The position numbers and the translations under genes are program-made. Of a stretch of 64,000 nucleotides of DNA, positions 61,570-64,000 are shown one piece after another (within the stretch, counting starts at the first letter, position 1; each line of letters starts with the position of its first letter). The DNA is from Clostridia bacterium (GTDB lineage: Bacteria; Bacillota; Clostridia; Christensenellales; CAG-917). The stretch is taken from NCBI GenBank assembly GCA_017553325.1, contig JAFZMH010000003.1, positions 14,640-78,639 of the forward strand, written 5' to 3'. The notes beneath the pieces were generated by a model that saw nothing but the letters and a program-made list of their open reading frames with translations, did not search any database and had not been told where the DNA came from.

Positions 61570-61785
61570 TGCAAATTGAGCGCAAAATTTGCGCACAAAA
61601 ATCCCTGCAAACGACATTGCCGGGGATTTTATGCGTTTAGAGAAAGCAAAATATCTTATATTTTGGCGTAAATCGAGGCAATTTTGTACGGGGCGGCTGG
61701 TTGTCGCATTCCAAATTTCAAGGCAACTACCCGTACGTGGCATAGATAAAAAATAAAAAACATTTTTACTATTTGGAGGTAGAAA

Positions 61786-62154
61786 ATGGCAAGAATCGCC
61801 GGCGTGGATCTCCCACGCGAAAAGAGAATTGAGTACGGACTTACCTATATCTACGGTATCGGTCTTCCAACTTCTCAAAAGATTTTGAGCGAAACAGGCA
61901 TCAGCCCCGACGTAAGAGTCAAGGACCTTACCGAGGATCAAGTTTCACTCATCCGTGATTACATCGAAAAGAACTTGCACGTCGAAGGCGACTTGAAACG
62001 TGAAGTCGGTATGAACATCAAACGACTCATGGAAATCGGTTGCTATCGCGGCGTTCGCCACAGAAAGGGTCTTCCTGTCCGTGGTCAAAACACAAAGCAA
62101 AACGCTCGTACGAGAAAGGGCCCGAAGCGCGCTGTTTCTCGCAAAAAATCATAA
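61786..62154 (+). CDS. rpsM: 30S ribosomal protein S13
   Basis: Sequence begins [14 protein letters not shown]. Confidence 0.97.
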   Translation: MARIAGVDLPREKRIEYGLTYIYGIGLPTSQKILSETGISPDVRVKDLTEDQVSLIRDYIEKNLHVEGDLKREVGMNIKRLMEIGCYRGVRHRKGLPVRGQNTKQNARTRKGPKRAVSRKKS

Positions 62155-62167
62155 GGAGGCTTGAACT

Positions 62168-62563
62168 ATGGCAGGTATCGCAAGAAAAGCTATTAAAAAG
62201 AGAAAAGATATCAAGCACGTTGAGAAAGGTCAAGTGCATATTCACGCTTCCTTCAACAACACGATCGTCACCATCACCGATATGAACGGCAACGCAATTT
62301 CTTGGTCTTCCGCAGGCAAGCTCAAACTCCGCGGCAGCAGAAAGTCCACTCCGTTCGCGGCACAAATGGTCAGCGAAGACGCTGCGAAGATCGCATACGA
62401 CCAAGGCATGAGAACCGTTGAGGTCTACGTCAAAGGTCCGGGTCAAGGCAGAGAGTCCGCTATCCGCGCACTCGCAAACGTCGGTATGGAAGTCACGCTC
62501 ATTCAAGACGTGTCTCCGATCGCGCACAACGGTTGCCGTCCGCCTAAGGCAAGAAGACTGTAA
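62168..62563 (+). CDS. rpsK: 30S ribosomal protein S11
   Basis: Carries [18 protein letters not shown]. Confidence 0.97.
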   Translation: MAGIARKAIKKRKDIKHVEKGQVHIHASFNNTIVTITDMNGNAISWSSAGKLKLRGSRKSTPFAAQMVSEDAAKIAYDQGMRTVEVYVKGPGQGRESAIRALANVGMEVTLIQDVSPIAHNGCRPPKARRL

Positions 62564-62577
62564 TTTGGAGGTAAACT

Positions 62578-63201
62578 ATGGCTAAATATACTGGTGCAGA
62601 TTGCCGTCAATGCAGACGTGAAGGTTGCAAGCTCTATTTGAAGGGCGCAAAGTGCAACTCCGACAAGTGCCCGCTTCTCAAGAAGTTCGCAGCACCCGGC
62701 GACCACGGCAAAAGCAGAAAGAAAGCGAGCGGCTATTCCGTTCAGCTTCGTGAAAAGCAAAAAACAAAACGCTACTATGGCGTGACGGAAAAACAATTCA
62801 AGATGTACTATGACAAAGCGTCCGAAATGCGCGGAGTCACCGGTGAAAACATGCTCGGTCTCATCGAGAGACGTCTCGACAACGTCGTCTATCGTCTCGG
62901 TCTCGGCGCGTCTAGAGCAATGGCTCGTCAAATCGTCAACCATGGTCACATCACCGTCAACGGCAAGAACGTGAACATCGCTTCTTACCTTGTCAAGACG
63001 GGCGACGTCATCGCAGTCAAAGAAAACAAGAAAGATTCTACGATGTGGGACGCAGTCAAGGAAACGAAGAATTTGAACATCGTCAAATGGCTTGAATTCG
63101 ACAACGCGACCTTGACGGGCAAAGTCGTCGCGCTTCCCGAGCGCAGCGACATCGACCTTGACATTCAAGAACACCTTATCGTTGAGTTGTATTCTAAATA
63201 A
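62578..63201 (+). CDS. rpsD: 30S ribosomal protein S4
   Basis: Carries MAKYTGADCRQCRREG and an S4 domain. Confidence 0.97.
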   Translation: MAKYTGADCRQCRREGCKLYLKGAKCNSDKCPLLKKFAAPGDHGKSRKKASGYSVQLREKQKTKRYYGVTEKQFKMYYDKASEMRGVTGENMLGLIERRLDNVVYRLGLGASRAMARQIVNHGHITVNGKNVNIASYLVKTGDVIAVKENKKDSTMWDAVKETKNLNIVKWLEFDNATLTGKVVALPERSDIDLDIQEHLIVELYSK

Positions 63202-63221
63202 TAAGTTTGGAGGATTAAGAT

Positions 63222-64000
63222 ATGATGGAGATCAAAAGTCCAAAGATAACATGCGAAGAGAACGAAAGCAAGAATTGCGCAAAGTTCGTCGTCGAACCGC
63301 TCGAGCGTGGTTTTGGTACGACAGTAGGCAACGCATTGCGCCGTATTCTTCTCTCTGCACTTCCGGGTGCCGCGGCTGTTGGCATTAAGATTGCGGGAGT
63401 TGACCACGAGTTCTCCACTATCAAGGGTGTAAAAGAGGAAGTCACCGAAATCATTCTCAACCTCAAAACAGTGCGTTTCAAAGTCGCGAGTGCGCTCGAG
63501 ACGGCAGGCAAACAAGAGTGCCACCTCGAAGCAAACTCCGTCGGCGTTGTCAGAGCAGGGGACATCGAGTGCCCGCTCGGCGTCGAAGTTGTCAACACCG
63601 ATCAAGTAATCTGCACGCTCGACGAGGGCGCAGTGCTCGATATGGTGATCTACGTAGATTGCGGCAGAGGCTACGTCCCTGCAAACAAGAACAAGGACAG
63701 CCGCGCTCCAATCGGTTTCATCCCGATTGACTCAATCTACACACCCGTCGTCAAGGTCAATTATGCCGTTGAAAACACTCGTGTTGAACAGAGCATAGAC
63801 TTTGACAAACTCACTCTTGAAGTGACGACGGACGGCACGACTTCCGCAAGGGAAATCACGTCGCTTGCCGCAAAGATTATGAACGACCACATCAGACTCT
63901 TCGTCGACCTCGTCGAAGATATGGCGGAAAAGGATATTCTCGTCGAGCAAAAGCCCGACGGAACCCGCAAGATCCTCGAGATGTCCGTTGAAGACCTCGA
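63222..64000 (+). CDS. rpoA: DNA-directed RNA polymerase subunit alpha, 3' end outside window
   Basis: Not in the ORF track because there is no stop inside the window. Manual translation from ATG 63222 (GGAGG 8 nt upstream) gives MMEIKSPKITCEENESKNCAKFVVEPLERGFGTTVGNALRRILLSALPGAA. Confidence 0.93.
   Translation, partial: MMEIKSPKITCEENESKNCAKFVVEPLERGFGTTVGNALRRILLSALPGAAAVGIKIAGVDHEFSTIKGVKEEVTEIILNLKTVRFKVASALETAGKQECHLEANSVGVVRAGDIECPLGVEVVNTDQVICTLDEGAVLDMVIYVDCGRGYVPANKNKDSRAPIGFIPIDSIYTPVVKVNYAVENTRVEQSIDFDKLTLEVTTDGTTSAREITSLAAKIMNDHIRLFVDLVEDMAEKDILVEQKPDGTRKILEMSVEDL

Overview
This window is a chromosomal segment of about 50% GC from an endospore-forming Firmicute, Clostridia-like on the evidence of spoIIR, sleB-ypeB, Firmicute-style operon order and Zn-type small ribosomal proteins. 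About two thirds is core housekeeping. That part holds rplM-rpsI, ispDF, rqcP, rpoB-rpoC with metK overlapping the rpoC stop, recD2, comFC, secA, prfB and tsaD. It also holds a complete S10-spc-alpha ribosomal cluster (rpsJ through rpoA, the last cut by the window edge) with secY, adk, map, infA and rpmJ, which the ORF track missed. The first 27 kb is more accessory. It contains two unrecognised membrane proteins, sporulation and germination genes, and a cobalamin riboswitch driving a lipoprotein plus a multi-pass membrane protein. It also contains an 8.65-kb gene for a 2883-aa repeat-rich surface protein, an aminotransferase, a Sir2 deacylase, glmS, an O-antigen-ligase-like protein and a GH31 hydrolase. 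I found no tRNA, rRNA, CRISPR array, transposase, integrase or recognisable defence system. The most unusual content is noncoding. One item is a family of about 125-bp long-hairpin intergenic repeats (R elements), with five copies plus a remnant and compensatory stem changes between copies. The other is a second conserved noncoding module of about 285-375 nt (L element), present twice and each time fused to the 3' end of an R element. One L copy forms the upstream region of tsaD and the other is an orphan unit ending at a terminator. I could not assign either element to a known RNA or mobile-element family from memory. Both need a covariance-model or BLAST check. All protein calls rest on reading the supplied translations for family motifs and synteny; no database search was run.
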